Assembly: GCA_016928955.1 (NCBI GenBank)
Contig: JAFGJV010000048.1
Coordinates: 1-64,000 of the forward strand
DNA length: 64,000 nucleotides
Direction: 5' to 3'
Source of the DNA: Spirochaetales bacterium
GTDB lineage: Bacteria > Spirochaetota > Spirochaetia > Treponematales > UBA12059
In this document: positions 18,497 through 27,216 of the stretch, one piece after another
Position numbering within the stretch: position 1 is the first letter of the stretch
How the letters are laid out: every line of letters starts with the position of its first letter
Notes under the pieces: generated by a model
What the model was told of the DNA's origin: nothing
Database searches by the model: none
Seen by the model: the letters and a program-made list of their open reading frames with translations, nothing else
Position numbers and translations under genes: made by a program

Positions 18497-19938
18497 TCGT
18501 GCGAAACGCCCTGTGCGCTCTGCCCGGCAGGCAGGAACTGGTCAAAACCGACCTTGCCGTATCGGACGACTCCGGCCGAATCCGGGAGCTTGGGCTGGGC
18601 ATCCAGCCAGCGACCGGCGAGGCTGTCCTTGACGCTGAAGGCCTTGAGCTCTACCCCGGCGCCATAGATCCCCACGTCCACTTTGACGAACCCGGCTTTA
18701 CCACCAGGGAAGACTTCTACCATGGCTCCATGGCCGCCGCCCGGGGCGGGGTCACCACGGTCATAGACATGCCGTGCACATCCCAGCCCCCGGTCACCAC
18801 GCTGGACAACCTGAAGGCCAAGCTCGAGGTGATAAGCGAGCGCAGCGTGGTGGACTTTGCCCTGTACGGGGGCGTGTCCGGGAACCGCGTTGAGCAGGCC
18901 CTGGCCATCGATATGGAAGCCCTTGCGCCCTATGTCGTCGGGTTCAAATGCTACTTCGTGTCCGGCATGGATACCTTCACGGCTGTAGACCACTACAGCT
19001 TTGGCCTGGCCGCGCGCAAGGCAGCCGAGCTGGGCAGGCCGCTCCTCCTCCACTCCGAGGACGCTGGCATTGTGGGTCCGGCCACCAAAGCGGTCAAGGA
19101 ACGTCTCCAGGAAGATGACCGGGAGGCTGATTGGGCCGACTATGTGGCGTCCAGGCCAGAATCCGCGGAACTGGTGGCCGCGGCCTCGGCGCTTGCCCTG
19201 GCCCGCGGGCGAGAGGGCACCCTCCACGTGGTCCACGTGGGCACGGCCGAGGCGGCCGAGCTTCTTGCCGCCGGTGGCGCGAGCGCGGAAACCTGCCCCC
19301 ACTATCTGGCTTTTTCCGTGGATGATTTTGCGGACAAAGGCTCGTCCCTGAAAACCGCGCCGCCGGTCAAGGCCAGGGGCCAGGCCGCCCGTCTGTGGAA
19401 ACTGCTGGCGGACGGGGTGATAGCCTTTGTCACCAGCGACCACGCCCCCTGCACCCTGGCCGAGAAGAACACAGGATCGGTGTGGAACGATTACGGCGGC
19501 ATCCCTGGCACGGGCACACTCTTCCCCTACCTCTACTCTGAAGGCTACAAGGCCGGACGCCTTTCCCTGCCGGCCTTCCTCAGGGCCACGGGCGCCGGGG
19601 CGGCCCAACGCTACGGCCTGTCTGGCCGCAAAGGATCGCTGGAGGTCGGCAAGGACGCCGACTTTGTCCTTGTGGATCCCGCCGGCGGCTACGTTATCAG
19701 CGGCGCGGCCCTCCTCAGCAAGGGCACCGTCACGCCTTTTGAAGGCATGAGCCTGCGCGGCTCCATCAAGGCTACCTTCGTGCGCGGCAGGCCCGTGTGG
19801 CTGGCTAATTCCGCGCCGGAGGCATGGCATCTGGCTGGTAGTTTGGCTGACCACGCGCACAAGGATACGCACGCGGCTGACGGCTCTATCGTCGCCGAAC
19901 CTGGATACGGAAACCACATACTCTGGGGGTATAGGTGA
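18493..19938 (+). CDS. Allantoinase-like cyclic amidohydrolase
   Basis: DPHVHFDEPG, AAARGGVTTVIDMP, GFKCY (carbamylated Lys), ETCPHYL, SDHAP, KGSLEVGKDAD. Confidence 0.8.
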   Translation: MIVRNALCALPGRQELVKTDLAVSDDSGRIRELGLGIQPATGEAVLDAEGLELYPGAIDPHVHFDEPGFTTREDFYHGSMAAARGGVTTVIDMPCTSQPPVTTLDNLKAKLEVISERSVVDFALYGGVSGNRVEQALAIDMEALAPYVVGFKCYFVSGMDTFTAVDHYSFGLAARKAAELGRPLLLHSEDAGIVGPATKAVKERLQEDDREADWADYVASRPESAELVAAASALALARGREGTLHVVHVGTAEAAELLAAGGASAETCPHYLAFSVDDFADKGSSLKTAPPVKARGQAARLWKLLADGVIAFVTSDHAPCTLAEKNTGSVWNDYGGIPGTGTLFPYLYSEGYKAGRLSLPAFLRATGAGAAQRYGLSGRKGSLEVGKDADFVLVDPAGGYVISGAALLSKGTVTPFEGMSLRGSIKATFVRGRPVWLANSAPEAWHLAGSLADHAHKDTHAADGSIVAEPGYGNHILWGYR

Positions 19939-22900
19939 GCAAGATCATGAGAGCCCTGCCCATGCGCGAGCTTTTGTCGCGCGTGGCGGGCGAATGGGCT
20001 GCCAAGCGGAGCGCCTTCGACATACCGGAGGAGAGCGTCCGCAGGGTCCTCGCGCTGGAAGCGTCGTCGCCCGGCTTCCAATTCAACGGGCTCCGCGTGG
20101 CCCTGCCCGTGGGCCCGGCTGCCGGTCCGCACACGCAGATAGCGCCCAACCTGGTGGCAGGCTGGCTGGCCGGCTCGCGCGTGTTCGAGCTCAAGACCGT
20201 GCAGGTCAACGACAGCCTGGACATAGACAAGCCGTGCATAGACGCCCTGGACGAGGGCCACAACGTGGAATGGTCCACCGAGCTCAGCCTGGAGGAGGCG
20301 CGCGCGGAGTACCTGCGCGGCTGGATAGCCATACACCTGCTCCGGGCCGCACTGTCGTCGCCCGAGGCAGAGCCGGGTCCCGTGGCCTTCAACATGTCCG
20401 TGGGCTACACCCTGGACGGCATCAAGAGCGAGCGCATGGACGCGTTCATAGAAGGCATGCGCTCCCCCGGTGGCACGGCGACGTGGCGGGAAGCCATGGA
20501 CGACGCCAGAGCCGCGGTGGACGGCCAGCGCTTCAGCGCTGCCTTTGGTCCCGACGGAGCCAAGCGAGCGCGCGATGCCCTGGACGCCATGCCCGACCAG
20601 CCCGTCCACTCGGTCACCCTGTCCACCATGCACGGCTGCCCGCCGGACGAAATCGAGCGCATAGGCGCGTACCTGATCAAGGATAAGGGCTTTGACACCT
20701 TCATCAAGCTCAATCCCACCCTGCTTGGCTACGACGAGGCGCGCTCGATCCTGGACCGTACCGGCTGGGAGCGGGTACGCATCACCCGGCCCAACTTTGA
20801 GCACGACCTTCAGTTTGACGCCGCCCTTGCCCTGATAGCGTCCCTGGAAAAGGCCGCGGCCGACTCGGGACTGCGCTTTGGTATCAAGCTGTCCAATACC
20901 CTGGCCAACGTCAACGACGGAACCCGGCTACCCGGTGGCGAGCGCTACATGTCCGGCCGCGCCCTGTTCCCCCTGACCACCCGCCTGGCAGCCCGCCTGG
21001 CAAGGGCCCTGAGCCGGCCGCCCCTGTTCAGCTACTGCGGCGGCGTGTCTGCCGGCAATGTTGGCGCCTCCCTTGACGCGGGCCTCGGGCCCCTGACCGT
21101 GGCCACGGACATACTGAAGCCCGGCGGCTACCTCCGCCTTGAGCCCATGGCCAGGGAGGCAGTGGCCGCCCTCAAGCGCGGCGTGCCCAAAGCGCCCGAC
21201 CCGGACAAATTGGATGCCCTGGCCGCATCCGCCTTGTCCATGCCCGAGTACCGGGGCGACTACAAAAAAGGACGCGCGCGTATAGCCCGGACCCTGCCCC
21301 TCTCCGACTGCTTTGCCGCGCCCTGCGTGGAAGCCTGTCCGGCCAACCAGAAGGCTCCCGCCTACATCAAAACCCTGGGCAAAGGCGACGCCAAAGGCGC
21401 CTTGGCCATCATCCTTGAGGACAATCCCCTGCCGCGCGTTACCGGTGTCCTGTGCGACCACCAGTGCATGCCGGTCTGCTCCCGGGTCGACTATGAAGGC
21501 CCCGTGAACATACGCGCCATGAAACTGGCCAGCGCCCGCAGGGCTGAATTGGCCGCTCGCCCGGCTCCGCGTGTCAGCGGCAAGGGCAAGGCGGCCGTGG
21601 TCGGCGCCGGGCCCGCCGGCCTGGCATGCGCCCATTTCCTGGCCCTGGACGGCTACCCGGTCACCGTGTTCGACACGGCGCCCGGCCCCGGCGGCGTGCC
21701 GGCCAACGTGATACCGGCCTTCCGCATCGACCCGTCGGACATAGCCGCCGACGTGGACAGGATCCAGGCCCTGGGCGCTGAGTTCCGCTTCGGCTGGGAC
21801 GGCGGCATCGACATGGATGCCTTGAAACAGGACGGCTACACAAGTTTCGTGGTGGCCACCGGGGCGCCCGTGCCCCGTGCCCTGGACCTCAAGGGCGCTG
21901 GCATACCCGTGGTCGATGCGCTTGAGTTCCTGGAAGCCGCCCATGTTTCCGCCCGTGGAGGCAAGCCGGGTCCCTGGGACGGCGTCCGCGCCGTTGCCGT
22001 GGTCGGCGGCGGCAACACGGCCATGGACGCCGCACGGGTGGCAGCCCGCCTGCCCGGCTCGCCGTCAGTCAGTATCCTGTACCGCCGCACCCTGGCGGAG
22101 ATGCCGGCCGACCGCGAGGAGTTCGAGGCGGCCCTGGCGGACGGCGTCAAATATCGCGAACTGTCCCTGCCGGAAACTGCCGAGGCGGCCGCGGGAGGGG
22201 ACTTGCCCACGCTGACCGTGCGCGAGATGGAACTCGGGGCGCCGGACTCGTCTGGCCGGCGAGCTCCCGTTCAGAGCGACAGGACCACGCGCATGCCCTG
22301 CGAGCTCCTGGTGGCCGCGGTTGGCGAAAGCCCCGATTCGCGGCTCCTGTCGTCGCTGGGCGTGGCCGTGGAATCGTCCGGCCGACCCGTCGTCGACCAG
22401 CGCACCATGCTGAGCGGGGCGCAGGGCGTCTTTGTTGTGGGCGACGCTCGCCGGGGCCCGGCCAGCATCATAGCGGCTGAGGCGGACGGCAAGAAGGCTG
22501 CGCACGCCATCCTCCGTATAGCGGGCATCGAACCGTCCGGCATGGACCTGCGGCCCGGTCCCATCGACCGGGAAGCCCTGTCCCGCCGAGGAGAGATCAT
22601 AGCGCCGGCGGCATCGGACGGCGAGCTGGACGACGAAGGCGTCAGCCGGGAAGCGTCGCGCTGCCTGTCCTGCGGTTCGGCCTGCCTGCGCTGCGTGGAA
22701 GTCTGCCCGAACCGGGCCAATCTGGCCCTGCCCGTTGACGTGCACGCTGGCGGCCCCTTTACGCAGGCCCTGCAGATCCTCCATATCGACGAACTCTGCA
22801 ACGAGTGCGGCAACTGCGGCTTCTTCTGCCCGTACGACGGCGAGCCCTTTACGGGCAAGCCGACGCTGTTCCGCGACGAAACGACTCTGCGCGCCAGCGG

Positions 22901-23102
22901 CAACGCCGGGTTTGCCTTCCTTGGCGCCGGACCCGAACCGGAGCTGGCGCTCAGATCGGAACCCGGCCGCCGCGACGACGTGGTCGTCCTTCCCTATTCC
23001 GCGTGGAGCCGCACGGCCGACGCAGAGAACGCAGGCCTCATAGCCATGGCCCGTACCGTCCTGGCCGAACACGACTACCTGCTGCCCGGAGGCCGCCCAT
23101 GA
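19935..23102 (+). CDS. ygfK: YgfK-family flavin/Fe-S oxidoreductase
   Basis: GPAAGPHTQ, STMHGCPP, KLNPTLLG, YMSGRAL, GAGPAG, GGGNTAMD, C-terminal ferredoxin motifs; 1055 aa. Confidence 0.93.
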   Translation: MSKIMRALPMRELLSRVAGEWAAKRSAFDIPEESVRRVLALEASSPGFQFNGLRVALPVGPAAGPHTQIAPNLVAGWLAGSRVFELKTVQVNDSLDIDKPCIDALDEGHNVEWSTELSLEEARAEYLRGWIAIHLLRAALSSPEAEPGPVAFNMSVGYTLDGIKSERMDAFIEGMRSPGGTATWREAMDDARAAVDGQRFSAAFGPDGAKRARDALDAMPDQPVHSVTLSTMHGCPPDEIERIGAYLIKDKGFDTFIKLNPTLLGYDEARSILDRTGWERVRITRPNFEHDLQFDAALALIASLEKAAADSGLRFGIKLSNTLANVNDGTRLPGGERYMSGRALFPLTTRLAARLARALSRPPLFSYCGGVSAGNVGASLDAGLGPLTVATDILKPGGYLRLEPMAREAVAALKRGVPKAPDPDKLDALAASALSMPEYRGDYKKGRARIARTLPLSDCFAAPCVEACPANQKAPAYIKTLGKGDAKGALAIILEDNPLPRVTGVLCDHQCMPVCSRVDYEGPVNIRAMKLASARRAELAARPAPRVSGKGKAAVVGAGPAGLACAHFLALDGYPVTVFDTAPGPGGVPANVIPAFRIDPSDIAADVDRIQALGAEFRFGWDGGIDMDALKQDGYTSFVVATGAPVPRALDLKGAGIPVVDALEFLEAAHVSARGGKPGPWDGVRAVAVVGGGNTAMDAARVAARLPGSPSVSILYRRTLAEMPADREEFEAALADGVKYRELSLPETAEAAAGGDLPTLTVREMELGAPDSSGRRAPVQSDRTTRMPCELLVAAVGESPDSRLLSSLGVAVESSGRPVVDQRTMLSGAQGVFVVGDARRGPASIIAAEADGKKAAHAILRIAGIEPSGMDLRPGPIDREALSRRGEIIAPAASDGELDDEGVSREASRCLSCGSACLRCVEVCPNRANLALPVDVHAGGPFTQALQILHIDELCNECGNCGFFCPYDGEPFTGKPTLFRDETTLRASGNAGFAFLGAGPEPELALRSEPGRRDDVVVLPYSAWSRTADAENAGLIAMARTVLAEHDYLLPGGRP

Positions 23103-24421
23103 TCGTCATAGAGAACGCCCGCGTGCTCAACCTGAGCCCCTCGTCTCTGTCCGGCCCCGTGGACATAGCCGTGGATGGTTCGACCATCGCGGCCGTCGGC
23201 CAGGGCCTGGCCGCAAAATACCCGGAGGCCGAGCGCCACCGGGCGGACGGCATCGTGAGCCCTGGCCTGGTGTGCTCGCACAACCATTTCTACTCGGCCC
23301 TGGCCCGCGGACTCATGGTAGCCGTGCAACCGAGCAAGGACTTTGCCCAACAGTTGAAGCACCTGTGGTGGCGCCTGGACAGGGCCCTGGATCCGGACAT
23401 AGTACGCGCGTCTGGACTGGTTGGCGCAGCGGAAGCCGCGCGCTGGGGCGTTACGTCGGTGGTCGACCACCACGCCAGCCCGGAGTTCATAGACGGGTCC
23501 CTGGACGTCCTGGCCGAGGGTTTCAAAACCGTGGGCCTGCGCGGCGTCCTGTGCTACGAGACCACGGACCGAAATGGCATGGATGGTGCCCGAGCCGGCG
23601 TCCGCGAGAACCTGCGCTGGGCCAAGGCCGTGGACGACGCCCGCGCTGCCGGCCAGGAGCCCCTCATGGAGGCCATGATAGGCGCCCACGCCCCCTTCAC
23701 GGTGGGTGACGATACGCTGTCAAGCCTGTCGGACGCCGTGAGAGCAAGCGGCAGGGGTATACACATCCACGTGGCCGAGGACAAATACGACGCCGTGCAC
23801 AGCCGCCATGAACACGGCCTTGACATAGCCGTACGGCTGGACAGGGCAGGCGTACTGGGACCTGCGTCCCTCCTGGTCCACGGCCTGTACCTCACCGACA
23901 GCGAGGTTGACCTGATCAACGAGCGCGACGCCTTCCTGGCGCACAACGCCCAGTCCAACATGAACAACGCCGTGGGCTACAACGCCCTCCTGCCGAAGTA
24001 CCGCAACGCCGTGCTGGGCACGGACGGCATAGGCTCGGACATGCTGGCTGCGGCCAACTGGGCGTACTTCAAGCACCGGGACTCGGGCGGCCAACTCTGG
24101 ATGGACGCCTTCCTGGGCATGCTCCAGAACGGCAACCGCCTCCTGGAGCGCTGCTTCCCCGGCAAACGTTTTGGCAGGGTGGAGCCGGGCTACCAGGCCG
24201 ACCTGGCCTTCTGGGATTACGACCCGCCCACGCCCCTCGTGGACGGGAACGTGGCCGGCCACGCGGCCTTCGGATTGTCGTCGGGCTTTGTGTCCGGCAC
24301 CATGGTGGGGGGAAAATTCGTCTTCAAGAACAGACACGCAACGTTCGACTACGCCGCGGCCATGGCCGCGGGCCGGGAGCAGACGGTACGGCTGTGGAAA
24401 CGCATGGAGGAAAGGGTATGA
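23099..24421 (+). CDS. ssnA: SsnA-family aminohydrolase
   Basis: VCSHNHFYSALARG, LWWRLDRALD, DHHAS, GAHAPFT, HIHVAE, SNMNNAVG, GTDGIG; ATGA overlap with ygfK. Confidence 0.92.
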   Translation: MIVIENARVLNLSPSSLSGPVDIAVDGSTIAAVGQGLAAKYPEAERHRADGIVSPGLVCSHNHFYSALARGLMVAVQPSKDFAQQLKHLWWRLDRALDPDIVRASGLVGAAEAARWGVTSVVDHHASPEFIDGSLDVLAEGFKTVGLRGVLCYETTDRNGMDGARAGVRENLRWAKAVDDARAAGQEPLMEAMIGAHAPFTVGDDTLSSLSDAVRASGRGIHIHVAEDKYDAVHSRHEHGLDIAVRLDRAGVLGPASLLVHGLYLTDSEVDLINERDAFLAHNAQSNMNNAVGYNALLPKYRNAVLGTDGIGSDMLAAANWAYFKHRDSGGQLWMDAFLGMLQNGNRLLERCFPGKRFGRVEPGYQADLAFWDYDPPTPLVDGNVAGHAAFGLSSGFVSGTMVGGKFVFKNRHATFDYAAAMAAGREQTVRLWKRMEERV

Positions 24422-25638
24422 GCATTCAGAACGGCAAGGACATCAGGGCACGGGCCGAAGCACTCAGGGACTGGACGGCCAAAAACCTGTCAGACATCAT
24501 CAAGGTGCCGGCCATGAGCAACAAGGAAAAGGAGCGCATCCACTTCCTCAAGGCCATGTGCGAGAAGGCCGGCTTTGACGAGGTCCGCATAGACGGGCTT
24601 GGAAACCTGCTGGCGCGCGTCGGCAACGGGCCCAAAAAGCTGGTCATAGACGCGCACATAGACACGGTTGGCATAGGCGACCGCGCCCAGTGGAAGAAGG
24701 ACCCCTTCTCCGGCGACATAGAGAACGGCCTGGTCCACGGCCGGGGCACCAGCGACCAGACCGGCGGCGCAGCCGCCATGATCACCGCCGGCCGCATGCT
24801 CAAGGAAATGGGCTACTCAGGCCAGTACTCCGTGTGGTTCGCCTTCACCATCATTGAGGAGGACTGCGACGGTCTCTGCTGGAAATACCTGATCGAGGAG
24901 GAGGGCTTCAGGCCGGACTTCTTCGTGTCCACCGAGCCCACCAGCCTCAGGCTGTACCGCGGCCACCGCGGCCGCATGGAAATGGAAGTCCACCTCAAGG
25001 GAGTGTCCTGTCACGGCTCTGCGCCCGAGCGCGGGGTATCGGCCGCGTACAAGGCCGCCCGGGCGGCCCTGGCCATGGAGGCCCTGAACGACGCCCTCAA
25101 GCCGGATGACGACAATTTCCTGGGCAAGGGCACCGTGGTTGTGTCCAAGATCGACGTCCACGGTCCCAGCCAGTGCGCCGTGCCGGACCAGGCCATGCTG
25201 TACCTGGACCGCCGCCTGACCTGGGGCGAGACCAAGGACCTGGCCATCCAGCAGGTCAAGGACGCCATCAAGGCGGCCGGCGTGGACGAGGTCGAGGTGG
25301 TCATGCCCGAGTACGCCATACCCAGCTGGACCGGCAAGGATTACCGGCAGGAGCTGTATTTCCCCACCTGGAAATTCCCCGCCGACCATCCCTTCGTCAA
25401 GGCAGGCGTGTCAGCCCACGAGTCCGTCTTCGGTCAGGCTCCGGTGGTGGACAAGTGGACCTTCAGCACCAACGCGGTGGCCGTGGCCGGCAGGCACGGC
25501 ATACCGAGCATAGGTTTTGGCCCCGGCGACGAGAACCAGGCCCACGCGCCCAACGAGATCACCCGCGTGGACGACCTCTGGAAGGCAGCCGCTTTCTACG
25601 CCGCCCTGCCCTACGTGATGGACGAGGCCAGCCTGTGA
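24418..25638 (+). CDS. ygeY: YgeY-family M20 hydrolase
   Basis: DAHIDTVG, GRGTSDQ, EEDCDG, TEPT, YRGHRGRME, WTFSTN, AHAPNE. Confidence 0.92.
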   Translation: MSIQNGKDIRARAEALRDWTAKNLSDIIKVPAMSNKEKERIHFLKAMCEKAGFDEVRIDGLGNLLARVGNGPKKLVIDAHIDTVGIGDRAQWKKDPFSGDIENGLVHGRGTSDQTGGAAAMITAGRMLKEMGYSGQYSVWFAFTIIEEDCDGLCWKYLIEEEGFRPDFFVSTEPTSLRLYRGHRGRMEMEVHLKGVSCHGSAPERGVSAAYKAARAALAMEALNDALKPDDDNFLGKGTVVVSKIDVHGPSQCAVPDQAMLYLDRRLTWGETKDLAIQQVKDAIKAAGVDEVEVVMPEYAIPSWTGKDYRQELYFPTWKFPADHPFVKAGVSAHESVFGQAPVVDKWTFSTNAVAVAGRHGIPSIGFGPGDENQAHAPNEITRVDDLWKAAAFYAALPYVMDEASL

Positions 25639-25702
25639 AAGCGCACCGCGGAGACTCGGCCACGCAGAGGGTGTGCGGAAAAGACGGGGTGGGACAAAGC
25701 TC

Positions 25703-26878
25703 ATGAAGTGGTACTACGAGTGCTCTGAGTGCGGCAAGCGCTATGACATAGAGCCGGGACGCTATCTCTGCGACGCGTGCGCGCGGGCGCAGGAAGCGGA
25801 CCGCCCACTCAGGGGCATCCTGGAATGCCGCTGGGACGGCCAGTGGGACGGCCCGCAAGACGGCGTGCCCCTGCCCGTGGCCCGTGAACATTTCCCAGCC
25901 CTGCCCGTGGGCGACACGCCCCTGTGGGCGCCCGAGCGCCTGAGGGCGGAAACGGGCTTTCAGCGGCTGTGGCTCAAGGACGACACCTGCGAACCGTCCG
26001 GTTCCTTCAAGGACCGGGCGTCCTTGCTGGTGGCCGCCTTCGCGCGGGAGCGGGGCATCAGAGAGATAGCCCTGGCCAGCACAGGCAACGCGGCGTCCAG
26101 CATGGCGGCCGTGGGCGCCGCGGCGGGCCTGCGCGTCACCGTGTTCCTGCCCAAGAAGGCCCCCGTGGCCAAACGCGTGCAAGTGCTCCAGTACGGGGCC
26201 GAACTGCGCGAGGTTGACGGCACCTACGACCGCGCCTTTGACCAGTCGCTGGCCTACAGCTCGGCCTCCGGCGTCCTGTCCCGGAACACGGCGTACAATC
26301 CCCTGACCATAGAGGGCAAAAAGACGGCGTCCTTCGAGATGGCCGCCCAGCTTGGCCGAGCTCTGTCCCCCGCGGCGCCCGCCGGATACTGTCAGGTACC
26401 CGACCACGTGTTCGTGCCCGTCGGAGACGGCGTCATCCTGGCCGGGGTGTACAAGGGCTTTGAGGACCTTAAGCGGCTCGGCCGCATAGACCGCATGCCA
26501 ACCGTGTGGGCCTGCCAGGCTGAGGGATCCAGCGCCATAGCGCGGGCCCTTGAAGCCGGCGCTTTCCAGGCACCTGTGCCAAGCGACACCGTGGCCGATT
26601 CCATATCGGTGGACGTGCCCAGGAACGGCGCGCACGCCCTGGGCAAGCTCCAGAAACACGGCGGCCGGGCCGTGGTGGTGACGGACGCCGAAATACTGGC
26701 CGGCCAGCAAGAACTGGCCTCGGGCTCGGGTCTCTTTGCCGAACCCAGCTCTGCCGCTGCGTGGGCCGGCTTCCGGAAGGCAGCTCCCGGCCTGGACAAA
26801 AACGAAAGGGTTGTCGTCATGGTCACCGGCTCGGGACTCAAGGACATAGCCGGCGCCATGAAAGGACTCGGACTGTGA
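25703..26878 (+). CDS. Threonine-synthase-like fold-type-II PLP enzyme
   Basis: N-terminal CxxC..CxxC, GDTPL, SGSFKDR (PLP lysine), ASTGNA, PVGDG, AEPSSA, TGSGLKD. Confidence 0.85.
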   Translation: MKWYYECSECGKRYDIEPGRYLCDACARAQEADRPLRGILECRWDGQWDGPQDGVPLPVAREHFPALPVGDTPLWAPERLRAETGFQRLWLKDDTCEPSGSFKDRASLLVAAFARERGIREIALASTGNAASSMAAVGAAAGLRVTVFLPKKAPVAKRVQVLQYGAELREVDGTYDRAFDQSLAYSSASGVLSRNTAYNPLTIEGKKTASFEMAAQLGRALSPAAPAGYCQVPDHVFVPVGDGVILAGVYKGFEDLKRLGRIDRMPTVWACQAEGSSAIARALEAGAFQAPVPSDTVADSISVDVPRNGAHALGKLQKHGGRAVVVTDAEILAGQQELASGSGLFAEPSSAAAWAGFRKAAPGLDKNERVVVMVTGSGLKDIAGAMKGLGL

Positions 26879-26938
26879 GATGCATAGCGCGGAGGCACGG
26901 AGCGCCACGTCTCCGAGCCGCAGCGGTTGAGATTTCCA

Positions 26939-27048
26939 TAGGAACCCTCTAAAAAACATTAGTTTTAGAGGCTTACCGTGGCATACTTCGCGTTTTCGAA
27001 CGAAAACGCAGGGAACCTTCAAGAACCACCGGTTTTAGAGGTTCTCTA
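26939..27048. mobile_element. MITE-like element 1
   Basis: AT-rich and TA-flanked. Imperfect TIRs: left TAGGAACCCTCTAAAA, reverse complement of right TAGAGAACCTCTAAAA. Three internal hairpins; no ORF. Confidence 0.6.
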
Positions 27049-27191
27049 TAGAGGCTCTTTCAAAAGTCGGACGAGTTTTGAAAGAGCTCCATATTGAGAC
27101 GTGATTTGCGTAGCGGTTGCGAAACATGCAAACGACCGCGAGCAATCGCAAAGCCAATTTCAGAAGTAACAGACTTTTGGAATTGGCTCTA
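27049..27191. mobile_element. MITE-like element 2
   Basis: TA-flanked. TIRs: left TAGAGGCTCTTTCAAAAGTC, reverse complement of right TAGAGCCAATTCCAAAAGTC. Each end also forms a local hairpin. Confidence 0.6.
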
Positions 27192-27216
27192 TACGCTTAG
27201 CCTAAGGAGCATAGAC

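Noticed and set aside
19935..23102. Selenate reductase function for YgfK-YgfM-XdhD
   Set aside because: Legacy annotation; the gene context points to purine catabolism.
26939..27191. Possible CRISPR array (GTTTTAGAG occurs twice)
   Set aside because: Only short partial repeats forming inverted pairs; no regular repeat-spacer period and no cas genes.
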